Of a stretch of DNA of 64,000 bases, positions 11,999-25,565 are shown piece after piece. The stretch comes from Adineta vaga. Lineage: Eukaryota; Animalia; Rotifera. Both the position numbers and the translations under genes were made by a program. Positions within the stretch are counted from its first letter, which is position 1. Each line of letters opens with the position of its first letter. The notes under the pieces are model-generated. The model saw only the letters and a list, made by a program, of their open reading frames with translations, did not search any database and had not been told where the DNA came from. The stretch is from the NCBI GenBank assembly GCA_021613535.1, contig CP075492.1, forward strand, positions 13,888,001 to 13,952,000, in the 5' to 3' direction.

Positions 11999-14900
11999 AT
12001 GATGAATTCCACATCATTTTCTGATGAGCTTATAAAAGCTTGTAAAACAATATCAACTCTTATTCATTCAAATATGGATAAGATAAAAGAATTAACGAAG
12101 GATGTTGACAATGAACAAGAATCAATCAATGAATCAACTTTGGCAAAGGTTATTAATTCAGAAGAGTTTTGTTTATTCGCACCATCCGATGAAGTCAACG
12201 CATTATTCATACAGACTGCAAAAGACATAGAAAATATCATCCATCAATTAAAGTATATGCCCAATCACGAGGAGATGACATATCATTATCTCTTAGATTT
12301 CCTTTATGATTTTAATTTTATTGACAATTGTTTTACTCAAACATTCACCATGGATGTTCTTTCGACATTTGAACAAAAAGTAACTGTTTTTATTCAATCT
12401 ATAGAGGCTTACAACGGCGCACAGAGTGGTGATATCAATATTGTTAAAACATTTCTTAGTCAGAATCCATCTTATAAAGATCGACCTTTAATATATGGAT
12501 ATACTTTGTTGTACGTAGCAACTATGAATAATCATCTTGATATCGTTAAGTATTTAATTGAAGAAGCTAAATGTTTAATCGATGCTCAAAATCAAGATGA
12601 TGTGTATACAGGGATCGATACAGCTTTGCATGTGGCATGTGTCAAAGAACATGCTGATATAGTTCGTTATCTTCTCAGTCACGGTGCAAATTGTTATTTA
12701 GAAAATAAGACAAAAGAAACACCAGGAATGATTGCTAGAAATTCGTCAGTGCTGTATGATATTTTTCGTGATCATCTCGAGCTTGATTATACTAAACAAT
12801 GTACGAATAGAATTGAGTTACCAACAATGACAATTACAAATGAATTATCATCAAAAAATTATGATTTAAGTTCTGTTACACATAACTGTATTTGGGAATA
12901 TAAACCATTAAATGAACAACATTGGAAATATTTTGATGAAAAGGAATCTGCTAAATTAAATTCAGCACTACGTCATGAAACCAATATAACTATTAAAATA
13001 GATATTCAAGAACAAACATATCCTATGTCAATGATGACATTTCTTATAGAAGATGTTACTCAGAAATCAAAACGAAATGCGAAATGGATTCGATGTCGTG
13101 GATCAAATCTATATAATTTCGATGTTGTATGTCTTTGGCAAATGATGCTTACCATTCATCCTTCTGTCACTGAGCCCTCACATAAAGAAGCGCAATCAAA
13201 ACCAATCGATATACCAGCATTGTTCAATTCCGATCAATTAAAATATCGTCTGAATTCATGGTATAAAGCAGATGAACTCACTAGTAGATCCTTCGATGAA
13301 GCAATTAATCAACGTCTCCGATACCTCACGATTGATACACATCTATTTGGAAAAATTAAAGTCAATTTGGAATTATTTTCTTTCAATAATGAAAATGAAA
13401 CAATTCAAGGATATATTCGATGGATACCAAAATTTGCTTATATTGATCTGAGGACAAAACATATCACACTGGTCGATAATTTTCAAGTATTTGATCTTCA
13501 GAAGAACCCACCGATACCTTTACTTAGTAAAGTACTTCGAAACTTTGCGTCGATACCCGACGAAAATACTGATTCAAATGAAACGAACAATGAAACTCTC
13601 GCTGATAATGATCCTATGTGTGATGTTCCAGATCGTTACATTGATAATGTTACAGAAGATGGAGATGACGAGATTGACGATAGATCAACATCAATTACAT
13701 TACCTACAATAGATATCGAACAGAACGATGAAGCTGGTGAAGAAACGACTTTCGACGAAGAAAACTCAAATGATTCATCTGTACTAGAAAATCTTCAAAA
13801 CAGTATTCGACAAAACAATGTTCAGTTGGATCGTGAGCGTGCTGTGATAAATCAACTTCAGCAAAGCATTGATCGAGAGCAGGTTCTTTTAAAAGATCTT
13901 GAAAAGAAGAAAAAAGATATTGATCAAAAAGAATCATTAATTCGACAGTTATGTGATAATTTATCAAATCCACTAGTATCAGAAGAACTCCTAGAACTAC
14001 AAAAAGAATATGCCAAGCAAGAGAATATTTTGAATTTCAAAAAAGAAGAAATTAATCAAATTAAACAACGTTATCAGAAACTTGAAGAGAATCTTACAAA
14101 TGCACAGAATAGACTTCGACAATTTGAGAATTGTCGTGAAGCTGAAATTAAAGCTGAAAAAGATTTGATCAAGATGACATACAACATTCCTGGTACTGAA
14201 TATCTTCAATTACAATCAACGATGGTTGAAATTCATTTGAAAACATTATGTTTTCCAGCTAAATCAGCGATACATGTAAACAATATTCGAATTCATTCAG
14301 AAATCCATGAAACAATCGATCATTACCGTATCTGGACTTTAGAAGCTTATCCTATTCATCATAAATTTATGAATGGTATTTGTTTTCGAATTGAACAATT
14401 TATTAAACAAATAGTAAAAGAAAAGAATTCTTATCGATATAAACTAATCTCCAATATTCGTTCATTTATGCAGAGAATTCCGAATGTTAAATTGCAATGT
14501 AGTACAAAGAATTGGAAACTATTTTTAGAAAGCTTTCAAACTTTAATCAATACAACTCGAGACGCATCTTGTCAACAATTTCATGCTTTCATAGGCAAAA
14601 TTGCGAAAACTTTTCTTAATGATATGGTTCAAAATGACCCCAGTTGGCGGAAGAAATTGTCAACAGAAACGAATAAATATCTAGTAGACCATGATTTTAT
14701 GAAATCAATCGAAGACTTAAAACTCAAAGCTTTTCAGGAATTTATTAAAAAAATTAAAGAAAGAGTTACACACAACAATAAATATGTAAAAAATTCTATC
14801 GATATTCTAGGTTATATTTCTTGATTATTAAACAAAGATAACGTTCCTTTTTCTTAATTGTAGACGAACATTTACATCGGTTACAAAATGTACTGGAATA

Positions 14901-17900
14901 TGAAAAATTCTACTCTGGTCACCAACCTCATCATTTTATGGCATTATCGTCTTTAATTCATCGAATTCATCTTATCTTCCAATGTTTTCAATTAAAATTA
15001 CCTTTATTTGAATCATCTGTCGGATTATTACAGAAAATACGTGAAAACATAGTGGTTGCCATTTCTACTGCTACGGGATCAGGTAAATCAACTCTTGTTC
15101 CACCGTTACTTATCGCTGATGGTTTTGATAAAATATTTATTACACAACCACGCCGATTACCATGTACTTTGTTATCCAAACGAGTCAATTCTAGTATGGA
15201 TAGCAATGATTTAAGTGGCTGGGCCGTCGCTGGTGCTCGTTCGAAGAACGTTGCACGTGCGCCTATTCTCTATTTAACTGATGGATTACTTAAAGAATAC
15301 ATTCTATATCGCGAACGCTTTCTGATCAATCAAGCAAAGATAAGCAGATCTGGACTTGTATTTTTTATTGATGAAGTTCACGAACGGTCAATTAATATCG
15401 ATCTTTGTCTTGCATTAATAGCTCGATTTCTTGAAAAGAATCCGTCTATTTATGCAAAAGTGAGAGTAATCATTTCTTCAGCCACCCTCGATCCATCCAT
15501 TGGGCGAATCTTTCGTCCATTCGGATTGAACGAAATGAATTTAAAAATATCCATTCTTCATCCGGTTACTGTCAAACCGGTTTGTACAGAAAATATTATT
15601 GAATTAATTGGTCGATTGAATGAACAGCTCGAATCAGATGATCAAATACTTTGTTTCGTTAAATCAACATTGGAAGTAACAGAACTCATCAGATTATTGA
15701 AGGTAGTGAAGAACTTATCAGCTTTCCCGTTAATTCAATCGCAATCATCGAATGAACAACAGAAACTTATTGAAACAAAACACATATTCTTTTCAACAAC
15801 TGTTGCAGAAACATCTTTGACTTTTCGATCACTGAAGTTTGTGATTGATACTGGTCTTATTCATATGCCTATTTATGATCCATCAAATGATACAACTGAA
15901 CTGCAAGAACTGAATGCAGCTGAATCAACAATTAGACAACGACGCGGACGACTTGGGCGAACACGATCCGGTGAATATTATCCATTGTATGTGTTCAATC
16001 CTTCCGAAAAGAAATTCCCTATTCCACAAATATGTCAAACAGAATTAGTACAAGTCGAGTTTTCTCTTCGTCGATCACCATTAACATGTGGATTAGATCA
16101 TTTGAAAAAATGGTTGCCAAATCCACCTAATAATGAAGCTATTGATGCCGCAAACAGACGTTTACAACAATTTGATATTCTTGATATAAGCAAAAACTTT
16201 ACACCAACTGGTACATCTATTTCAAACTTACCAGATTTTGGTAGTATAGCAATGAGTAAAGCAGTATTGGCAGGTTTAGAAACATATAACTGTGGTCGCG
16301 ATATCATTCGATTAGCTGCTATTCTAAGTGTACTGAATACGTCATCCCCTCTACGACATATTCCTCAGCTTTATACGAAAGCCGAAGGAGATTTTATGAC
16401 ACTACTTAACGTGATGGATGTTATTGAAGCTGAACGACTTACACAACCACCACATCTTTTCGACGTTGATGAAGTTTGTGAAAGAATTGGTTTGAAAAAA
16501 ATAAGTCATCATATCAGACGTGCAGTTATACGGTACAATGCATTCCAAAAATTTTTTTCTCAACCATCACAATATCAAGCTGCATCTCAGTCGTCTACAA
16601 AGGGTAACTGGGCACCAATCGCTCGTGCGCTTCTAGCCGGTTACTCCGATAATGTCTATCTATCATACGCAGAAATTCAAGGTAAGAAACATCGTTTTAT
16701 TCGTTATACCGTTTCCAATAGTTCATCAAAAAAACAAACTGCTGTTCTTGATAAAGCATCTAAACTTTCACGTCCGCTTGGTGCTCAAACTGTTGCATTA
16801 GTGATTGCTCGTGATATCTTTGTGTCGAAAGATGTACGTGATCGATCAGTTATTTCATTTCTTGGAGAGATTCAACCAGAATGGCTTGATCAAGCTCTTG
16901 TACGTGAAATTGAATTAACAAATGAAGAAATAAAAAACTACAATGAAGAAATCAAGATTAGTCCAGGGTTTCACAGTGTTCTTGGTAATGCTAATTCGAA
17001 TTTACAGGGTGAAAAATTAGTCTTATCTGGACAGGCTAATCATGTACTTGCAACAGAATTACATATTAGAAAGACACTTGTCGTTAAGCATACAACATTA
17101 CTTATAGAGAAAAATGAAACTGATACATCATTAAAACAAAATGTCAAAGATCTTATTGAGTCATTACATATTTTTGATCCAATGAAATGGCGTTGGAAAG
17201 CAGAAAAACAGGTGAAAATAATTTTTCTTACAACCGAAGAGCAAGGTGAAATTATCGTGAAAGCTCGTGATAAAGACTTTAAAAAAGTGCGAAAGGAACT
17301 GAATTCCTTTGTTCGATGGCTTCGGTATTGCAAATCGTTACATTTAGATACTGGTATATATCCTCGTCGGTATATTGATCCTCAAACAAAAAAACCTACA
17401 TCAGATATTGAAAGTCGTATCAAACGCGTGACGGACGACACACTGACTTCAGTTAATCACTGGCAAAGTATTCGAGGTGTAGCAGCCACAAGAGAAACCC
17501 GAATGGAAGTGGTAGCATGGATAGCAATTTGTATTTTTCATTGTAAATTAGAAGGTGGTTTTGTTCGTGACTGGATTGTTGCCAATCAATCAGCGCGACC
17601 TTCTCCATCGATTCTAGTTAAGGAATGGGTACAATTTCAAAATTATATTCCAGCTATTGATAAAGCATTAATTCCATCCGATCTCGATTGTCACTTGCCT
17701 TTAGATCATCCATTTGATATTGATCAATTTCTCGATGAGACTCACAAATATAATATACAAACAGAAGTATATCGACAAGATTGGCGGTATGTCTTACTGT
17801 TTGACCGAGATTATCCTACTGGTCCATTCACAATGGATCTTATTGAACCTCATGTTGCACTTACACAAAATCGGATTGATTTCGATGTAAACAATTTGTA

Positions 17901-18739
17901 CGTGATGCGTGGATTCTGCAATGAATTAGGTCAACGAGTTAATCTTCGTGATCCACCATTTTCTATGGATCTGGAACAAATTGTTGAACAGATCAAAAAG
18001 AGACAGTTTCGTTTATTACGTCCTGTTGGCGATGGTATAGTGGAACAGCGTCTAGAAAAGATGCATACACGTGGTTGGCAAAAAGTTGGCAATGATTTGA
18101 ATTATATTCCACCGCCTCATAAAAATCACAAATTTGTGTTAGATCCACTTCCTCCAACCTATGATCTTTATAAAAAAATAGAAAATGAAATGAAGACAAT
18201 TTCAAACATAACTATCTTGTCTATTGAACAAATTCGTAATCCAACTGTCTATAACACTTATCATACAAAGAAAATATTGATTACTGGTCAATGTTCAAAT
18301 GGAGATCCCAATGAACGTTATTTATTTCACGGTACACATACTGAAAAAGTCGAAAGTATCATGGAAATGGGTTTCGATGAGCGTTATTTCTGTTCCGATG
18401 GTTTGTATGGTAAGTTAAAATGTTTCTATATTTGATACCGTACAACACTTTTCTTAATGTTTGTTTTTGTCTTCAGGTCGTGGAGCTTATTTTGCTGATA
18501 AACCGACGAAATCGCATAAATATACATATCCATCTGCAACAAATCCTGTTCATAAAATGTTTTATAGTCTCGTCACACTTGGACAGATATTTGACAAAGC
18601 AATGTCAGATAGATCTTTGCATTCTGCACCGGAACATCATCATTCTGTGCGTGGTTTAGAAAATCTTGATGAGATTGAATATATTGTCTACAGTAGTGCA
18701 CAAGCTATACCATTTCTGCTCATTACTTACCAAGCATAA
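11999..18739 (+). CDS. Multidomain ankyrin-WWE-coiled coil-DEAH RNA helicase-nucleotidyltransferase-PARP protein (2206 aa)
   Basis: Exons 11999-14810, 14864-18409 and 18477-18739 splice in frame (GT-AG, phase 1). Helicase motifs: TATGSGKST, TQPRR, TDGLL, DEVHER, SAT, STTVAETSLT, QRRGRLGR. NTase: LEGGFVRDW..PSDLD..RIDFDVNNL. PARP: LFHGT, YGRGAYFA, EIEYIVY..QAIPFLLITY. Confidence 0.92.
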
Positions 18740-19010
18740 TAAACACTCGTTCGTTTTGGCATATTAACGAATGAAAAATTATGCCTGCCGTCAATAACAA
18801 TAACTGTTTCAATGTATTGCAAGCTATTGAAAGATATCAAATTAAACAAGAAAAAATGAGAAAAAATTCGCATTCGCTTCAAGAAATAATTAATACTTTA
18901 TTCTTATGTACTGCTGTCGATAAAGAATAAATGAATAAACATACATAAAACTCCAAAATTTAAACGTCTTGATATTCTTCGAAGTCATAGATATGCTTCT
19001 AGCAATAGTA

Positions 19011-22000
19011 TTAGTTCATTCCAATGATGATATCGACAGGATTGTTTGCTGAGTTTATATCATACCAATCGATTGTAACCAAATTGAATGTACTTGACGT
19101 ATGATTTGTTAGAAATTCCTGAAGCATCAAATTCGTTTCCGATCCTAATTTTTTTGGCAACATTGTGGATGTATTTTTGTGAAGATTATCAACTATATTG
19201 TCGAAAATATCTATGATCTGTGGTGTCTGTATCCAACTTATATGGTACATAGATTTCATATTTTTCCTAAGCCCTTGACTTTCGAGTTCTATGAGTTCTG
19301 TAAGACTATTGACACCATTTGAAGCGATCTCCCATCTTCCGGAATCTGCAAATCCTCTAGTATTGATAACTGTATCTTCATAATAGTAATCGTCGGTATG
19401 GTCAGTGTTAAGAACGATGACTTTTGGGGTTGTAATTTGCGAATCATTAGTAGTAATGGAGGAAAGAGTGACATCTTTTAAGTTTTGAAATTCATAAGAC
19501 TTGTGTCCAATAGAATTTTCAGGCATATAAAGGTATGGCTTGAGATGATTTTGAATGATTGCTGTCACTCTCGATGGAAGAGTTTTAGGATCGATACCAA
19601 AGTTAGTATGTGAAATCAAAAGAAAAATTAGCTCACCGGATGTAGAATGAGCGTCGAGAAAATTTCTAATTTGCCGAAGTATATCATTCAATTCAGGACC
19701 ACGAAGTGCATGCTGAATGTAGAAGGATCCATCTACATCATAGTAAACTCGGAAGTCAAAGAATCGTATACCATCATCAAGTTGTTGTCGAATGGTTCGA
19801 TTTTGTGAAATAGATATTCGAAGTGTGGTATCAATGATGTAATCTAATAAGGTACGTCCAACATAGATCTTGTCTTTACTAAACGGTAACTGACCATTCG
19901 CAGGTGCAAAATCAGCACTTAGATTCCATAGAAATTTGATATTTCCATAGGTGATCTGAGAGAGTTTTCGTGTTAACCCATAAGATCCAGAATTGTGAGT
20001 TCCAGGAATTTTTAGCTGCGAAAGTGTCTTTGACTGTATCTTCGGAGTTGACATCCAACGACTGTAGTTAGTTTTTGTTTGTTCGGTTTTTCGAGTTGAA
20101 ACATAAGATGATCTAATCGATATCGATTTCTTGCTAAATACATTTCCGCTCAGAGTTGCGTTAATAAGTTTATTGATAGCCATGTTTAATTTGTCGATGA
20201 GGATGTTGTTGTATTTGACATTGAGTGTACTTGCCAAATGATAGGGTGTATCAATGAGTTTAAACCAGGTAGAGAAAAATGTTTGTATAAGACTAACTAA
20301 ATCTTTGTTGATTTTGAAATTTTCAACCGAGAATGCTAACTTGGTTACTATACAAGAAAATCCGTGAATATCACTGATTTTGACTATAGCTTGTGTCAAC
20401 ATAGACATGCCATCGAGAGTTATATTAAAATTTATATTCATGCTATGGTACACTATGGATCCAGAGATTTTGCCACGAAGATTGAGGATCATATTGATGT
20501 ACCATTGTTCATTGTTTTCATGATATTGAGTCGGTGACAGTGCAGCATACTTGCAGCGGATCGATTGTGGAGTAAGATCGAGTTGTTTAATAATTAATTT
20601 TGTATCCTTATTCAGATCTAAGTGAAGTGGATTGGCAGACACGTATGCGACGATAGCTGGTAGATTAGCAGTGATAAAACTATTGATCAAAGGCGGTAGG
20701 ATATCAGGACCTCCGAAGAAGTAAAATGAGTAATCGATTTCTTGATCGAATGGTTTGATAGGAGCAAGTAATACTCCTGTCTGACCTTCTGATCCGAATA
20801 AATTCGCATTGGTAACATAGTTTCCTTGTCCTACATTTACCTTTATCGTATTGGAGCCGTACGAAATATCAAAAAACGACTGAGACGTTTCAGTACCAGT
20901 ACTAATATACGACACGGGACTGGTTCTACTCGCTTCGATGGTTTGACTAGGGAACGTATGTTTCATATTCATATTTGTCGATGTCGTTAATACCAGCGAT
21001 TGTGAGTAATCATTAGTAATGGTCATAGATGCACGTGAGATTTGCATCATTGCCATTTTCATACTTCTTGTTTGCATATAAGTTTCTATATAGAAAAAAA
21101 GATGAATTTACTGATTTGGATTGGTTTTCTTACCTGGTAAACACGAATGACCATAAAACTCGAATTCGGAATAGTGTACTCCACTCTCAATTCCTCTTTT
21201 CGATACAACCAGGACTCGATAACTTCGATAACGTCGAGTGTTATTCAACATTTGAAGAGAACCTGCCTTGCCTCGACCTGGATCAATATCAAGTCCACTT
21301 GATCCATCATATATCAATGTCCAACTTTTACCTATCGTTAAGGAAGAATTATCAGCATTACTTCCTTCAAGTGTTACTCTGACTGGATCTCGATTTGGCT
21401 GATCAGTTGCAGTGGTAAATCGAAATCCAGTGACAATACAAATACCAACATGAAGTGTCACATAAAAGCCTGTATTTAAGCCACTTCTCAGACTACTGAC
21501 ATTAGCTGAATTTGATCCAAAACTTGTATATTTAGTATAAATATTGCGATCGAAGATAGTGGATTCTATTTCATATGATGGCATTTGTCCTTTTTCATGA
21601 CCTATTGAAGTTGAAAAACTATTTCTTCCTGCTCTGGTACTCCGAATCGATGATATACTGCTATTTAGCGTGTCGATATAATGATCTAGAAGGAAAGTAG
21701 AACACAAGTGTAACTATATACTAGTGGTTTGGAACAGATACATACGAATAGGAATGGCACAATCAAAACCGGTCCAACCTGATTTGCATTTACATATACC
21801 AAATTGAAAGTAAGCACTGTCGACACACGTTCCATGTGCAGTATCTGTGCATTGATTATAACAGTATACTGGATTCGATAAATAGCGATCAACGACAGAT
21901 TTAATCAATATAGCTTTTTTAGAAATATACATATCAGCAGGAAAATATTGATTAGTTAAAAGATCGGCAATGCTAGAGATACCAACTTTCGTAATGACAG

Positions 22001-24078
22001 GATTATTCGGTATCGAATTATACCAATCTTCTAACGAGCGTATTGAAGCTTATAACCTAGTATTCTAGGACTACTTTTTGTGAAGTACATATCGTAAGTA
22101 TTATTTGGCAGTTTTGTTTGATTTACCTTTGTTTCGATCAAGAAGATTTCTTTTGCAACGCTTTTCAACCATGTCTCATCTGATGTATTAAATCCATTTT
22201 GTTCTAATTTAATACGATCGTTTTCTTTAATAATAATCGTTTGTTGTACAATACTACCAAGTTGAAGACTTCTAATATATGTATAACCAAAATAACCAAT
22301 GATAAATTCACGAATGTATCTTTCTACAGTTTCATTAAATTCACAACATGGCATGTTCTCAATTACATATCGAAAATCATTCGATAGTTCAAGTGTTGAT
22401 TCAGTAAGCGAAAGATGAATCGATGACTTGTTGACCGAAGTGAAAAGTATTGTAGAATTGTCTTTGATGATCATATCGACCGCAAAGTGTATTCCTCTCG
22501 CGTAAACATAAGAAAAAGAGATTTCAATAGATTTTGTATCAACGATTTTGCTTGTACTCTCTTTTAAATCACGTAATGTTTTGATAATCTGTGTTTCAAT
22601 ATTAGCATTTTCAGGTATGGATTTGTTGACATAAGTTTTCTTAGATGGAACAGAATACGTAAAGTTAAAGATAGGTAGACCAAAACCTTTTCTTTGATAG
22701 ACTTCTGTATAACATATAGGGGAGTCTTTGGATGGATTGTAGCCAAGACCAAGTTTATTCTTTTTTTCAAGTTTGACTTTTGAAGTATATAGCTGTTGAC
22801 GAATAAGTGACCATGGATCCATTGACAACTTCGCTATAATAATCAAAAGTTGTATAGATCATTTAAATCGAAATCTAATAAATTCCCTTTGTCACTTACG
22901 TTCCGATAGAAGACAAGCACTATTGTCAATATGAAATTTTTGAACACGATTGTTACCAACATCGGCAACGTAAAGATTTCCTTCGAGATCGAATGCCAAC
23001 GATTTTGGTCGATTCAAATGCAACGAAGAATTGCCAGATTCATCTTTAATTTTACTTCTAGTTAAATAATTTAAAAAGAAATTCAACTTTTATTACTTAC
23101 TTGAAATACCAGAAATAACTTCTCCTTGCGACTCTCCTTCTTTCCATCGAAGAATTCTGTGATTGATCGTATCAGCAATATAGAGAAAACCATTTATGTC
23201 GACTATAATATCGTTCGGTCGACAAAGTGTAGCGTTCGATTGATCTACTTTTCCAGTTTGTCCAGCAACAGTAAAGCCACTCGTTGTATTTTCCGTCCAT
23301 TTCTGTATGCGATGATTATTTCACATCAGTTATGTATATCTCATTTAAATTATTAACATACAAAGAATATGGATAAGAAAGTGTTTCATTCGAAGATCCA
23401 TCGATATCTGTTATTCCAGCTATAGTGATTGTTATATTCGTATTACTATTACATTTAATGATCTGAGAACGGTAACGTTCGACAATATAGAAATCTTGTT
23501 TTTCTGAATCAAACCATATACGAGAACATTGATTGCATTGACAATTGATCTTCTCTCCTTCAGTTGCATTTTCTAACCAACGTGTAATATTTCCATCGTC
23601 AGAAGTTGTATAAAATGTTCCATTCTCATCGATGAAAACAATAGAATCGAGTTCATTCCATAACGTCCGACCGATAAGAGAATCGCCTGGAAAAACTTGT
23701 AATCGTGTTTTATCATTGTAACGATCGACAATATACAATGTATCAATTCCGATAATTGCAATGTTTTCCAAATCATTGAGTTTTGTATTTAATTCTTCTC
23801 CTACCATCGTCTCACCGGTACGATTCCATTTCGAACAGGATCTAATTTGAGGCGATATTCTATTGACAAGTTTGAATGAAGTGAATTGTCCTAATTTGAA
23901 TGGCAGAAATATAGATGAAAAATATGAGGGAAATAAACTCACTTGTTTGTTGATTTGATAGAGACTTCGAAGATAATTTATCAACAATTGAATTGATACA
24001 AGTTGATCGTATGACAAAGATATTCATAACGATAGATATAACAAATAAGAGATCGTTTGCTAGTACGATAATCTTCAT
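19011..24078 (-). CDS. Secreted NHL-MACPF-EGF-discoidin(F5/8)-like-PI-PLC fusion (~1600 aa); 2-3 frameshifts, possibly a decaying copy
   Basis: Introns 23942-23891, ~23100/23096-23058, 22899-22834, 21745-21686 and 21133-21086; all but the second verifiably join in frame. NHL: LAFDLEGNLYVADVGNNRVQKF. MACPF: LGYNP..SPICYT, YFGYTYIRSLQLG, WYNSIPNNPV. EGF: CKCKSGWTGFDC. PI-PLC X: IPGTHNSG, QLDDGIRFFDFRV..QH. Frameshifts near 23320 and 22050. Confidence 0.8.
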
Positions 24079-25565
24079 TTCAATGCAATATGATTTGAAG
24101 TTTATGGAAATAATGAATGATAAAACCTCAGAAACCTATTCTTTTCTTTTCCTTCTTTATCATCTAGAAGAAAAAACGATACTTTCTTTTCTTTCCTTTT
24201 CTTTATTGAATTATATGCGATAAAAGAATACAGTTAATGTAAGAATATTCATCATTACACTAGATTCTTATCAGCTGTCAGTATCTATACAATTTTCCAT
24301 GAATACTTATATGCAATCATCAATAATAGATATGGCTACAAACTTGTTAATGTTAGTTTTATTCTTCAACTGTTATTTGCAGATAATAAAAGTTTTTTTT
24401 TCTTAAGATTGAAATATTAAACATGATTGATTCGTTTGTGCAATGAAAAATATGTGTACGATGTTAGAATCATAGACAAACGATTATTTGTGATCAAATG
24501 TTTTTCGATAAATAAAGACATAATTGAAAATGTGGGTCTATTTATTTCGTTCTTTCTTCACTACGAATATCATTCTCTAAAAGTTAATGATGACATATGT
24601 ACTTCAAGGTTTTTTGCATAAAATAGGTATAGAAACAATTTAGAGTACTGTCTTTTTTTTATTGTTGACGTAAATTCTTTCTAGAAGAGAACTTAAAATG
24701 CGTAAATTGTAAGTTAAGATAGTATTTTAATATAAACCGCGTAATTTACAGAGTGTGATAATAGATATCACCTGTATATTTATTTTGTATGGAATATATA
24801 AGGAACAAGGTAAAAACATTCGTTTTTTAAAACTTAAATATACATTGTATTATTTGTTATTTTGTTTATCAACATCATGGGAAACCATATTTCAAAAAGA
24901 AAGAATAGCTACAATTTTCATAGTGAATCGCATCCTAATAATCGAAAATATTCACTATTTGCTGACGATTATGGTTTGTTTGTTATATTCTGAATGAAAT
25001 ATTTATTCTGTGTTGTTTTCTAATAGATCTGTCCTCATCCGATTCCGATTATACTATCAGCGACACCGGTAAATGACGAAGTATATTTATAAGACAATTG
25101 TCTAAATGAAAGTTTCTTTCATTTAGAATTAGAACAAATTCGTTCCGTATGTTATTTTATTAAAATAGTTTAAAATGTATTCTTTTCGATTTGTATAGGA
25201 GGCACGCCGTTATTCATTTAGTATACTTCCTGCTACTTTACCTTTACTATAATTATTTTTGTTTTATTTTTCGATGATATAAATTAATAGAATTGTCATC
25301 TTGTTTTTATATTAACTGCGTGTTATACATACTTTGTACATAAAGATTTGCCATTTTTTTCCTTCTAAATTGAATAAAAATCACTGAAATAATAGGACAC
25401 CTTTCGAGTGAGTACAAATGAACTTTTATGAATTAATCAATACAACGACAAACATTATTAAAATGAATCACTAAAACTTTATTGTTAATCAATAATCAAA
25501 GAAAAAACAAATGGTAATATATTTTATATGTATTAGAAATAAATCTTTATTTTTCATACTCGACA

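Noticed and set aside
943-18739. CBASS-like system (nucleotidyltransferase + patatin/CapV effector)
   Set aside because: The NTase motifs are class II CCA/poly(A)-polymerase type (GGxVRD, DFxxN), not cGAS/DncV type. The genes are 9 kb apart, divergent, separated by unrelated genes, and eukaryotic.
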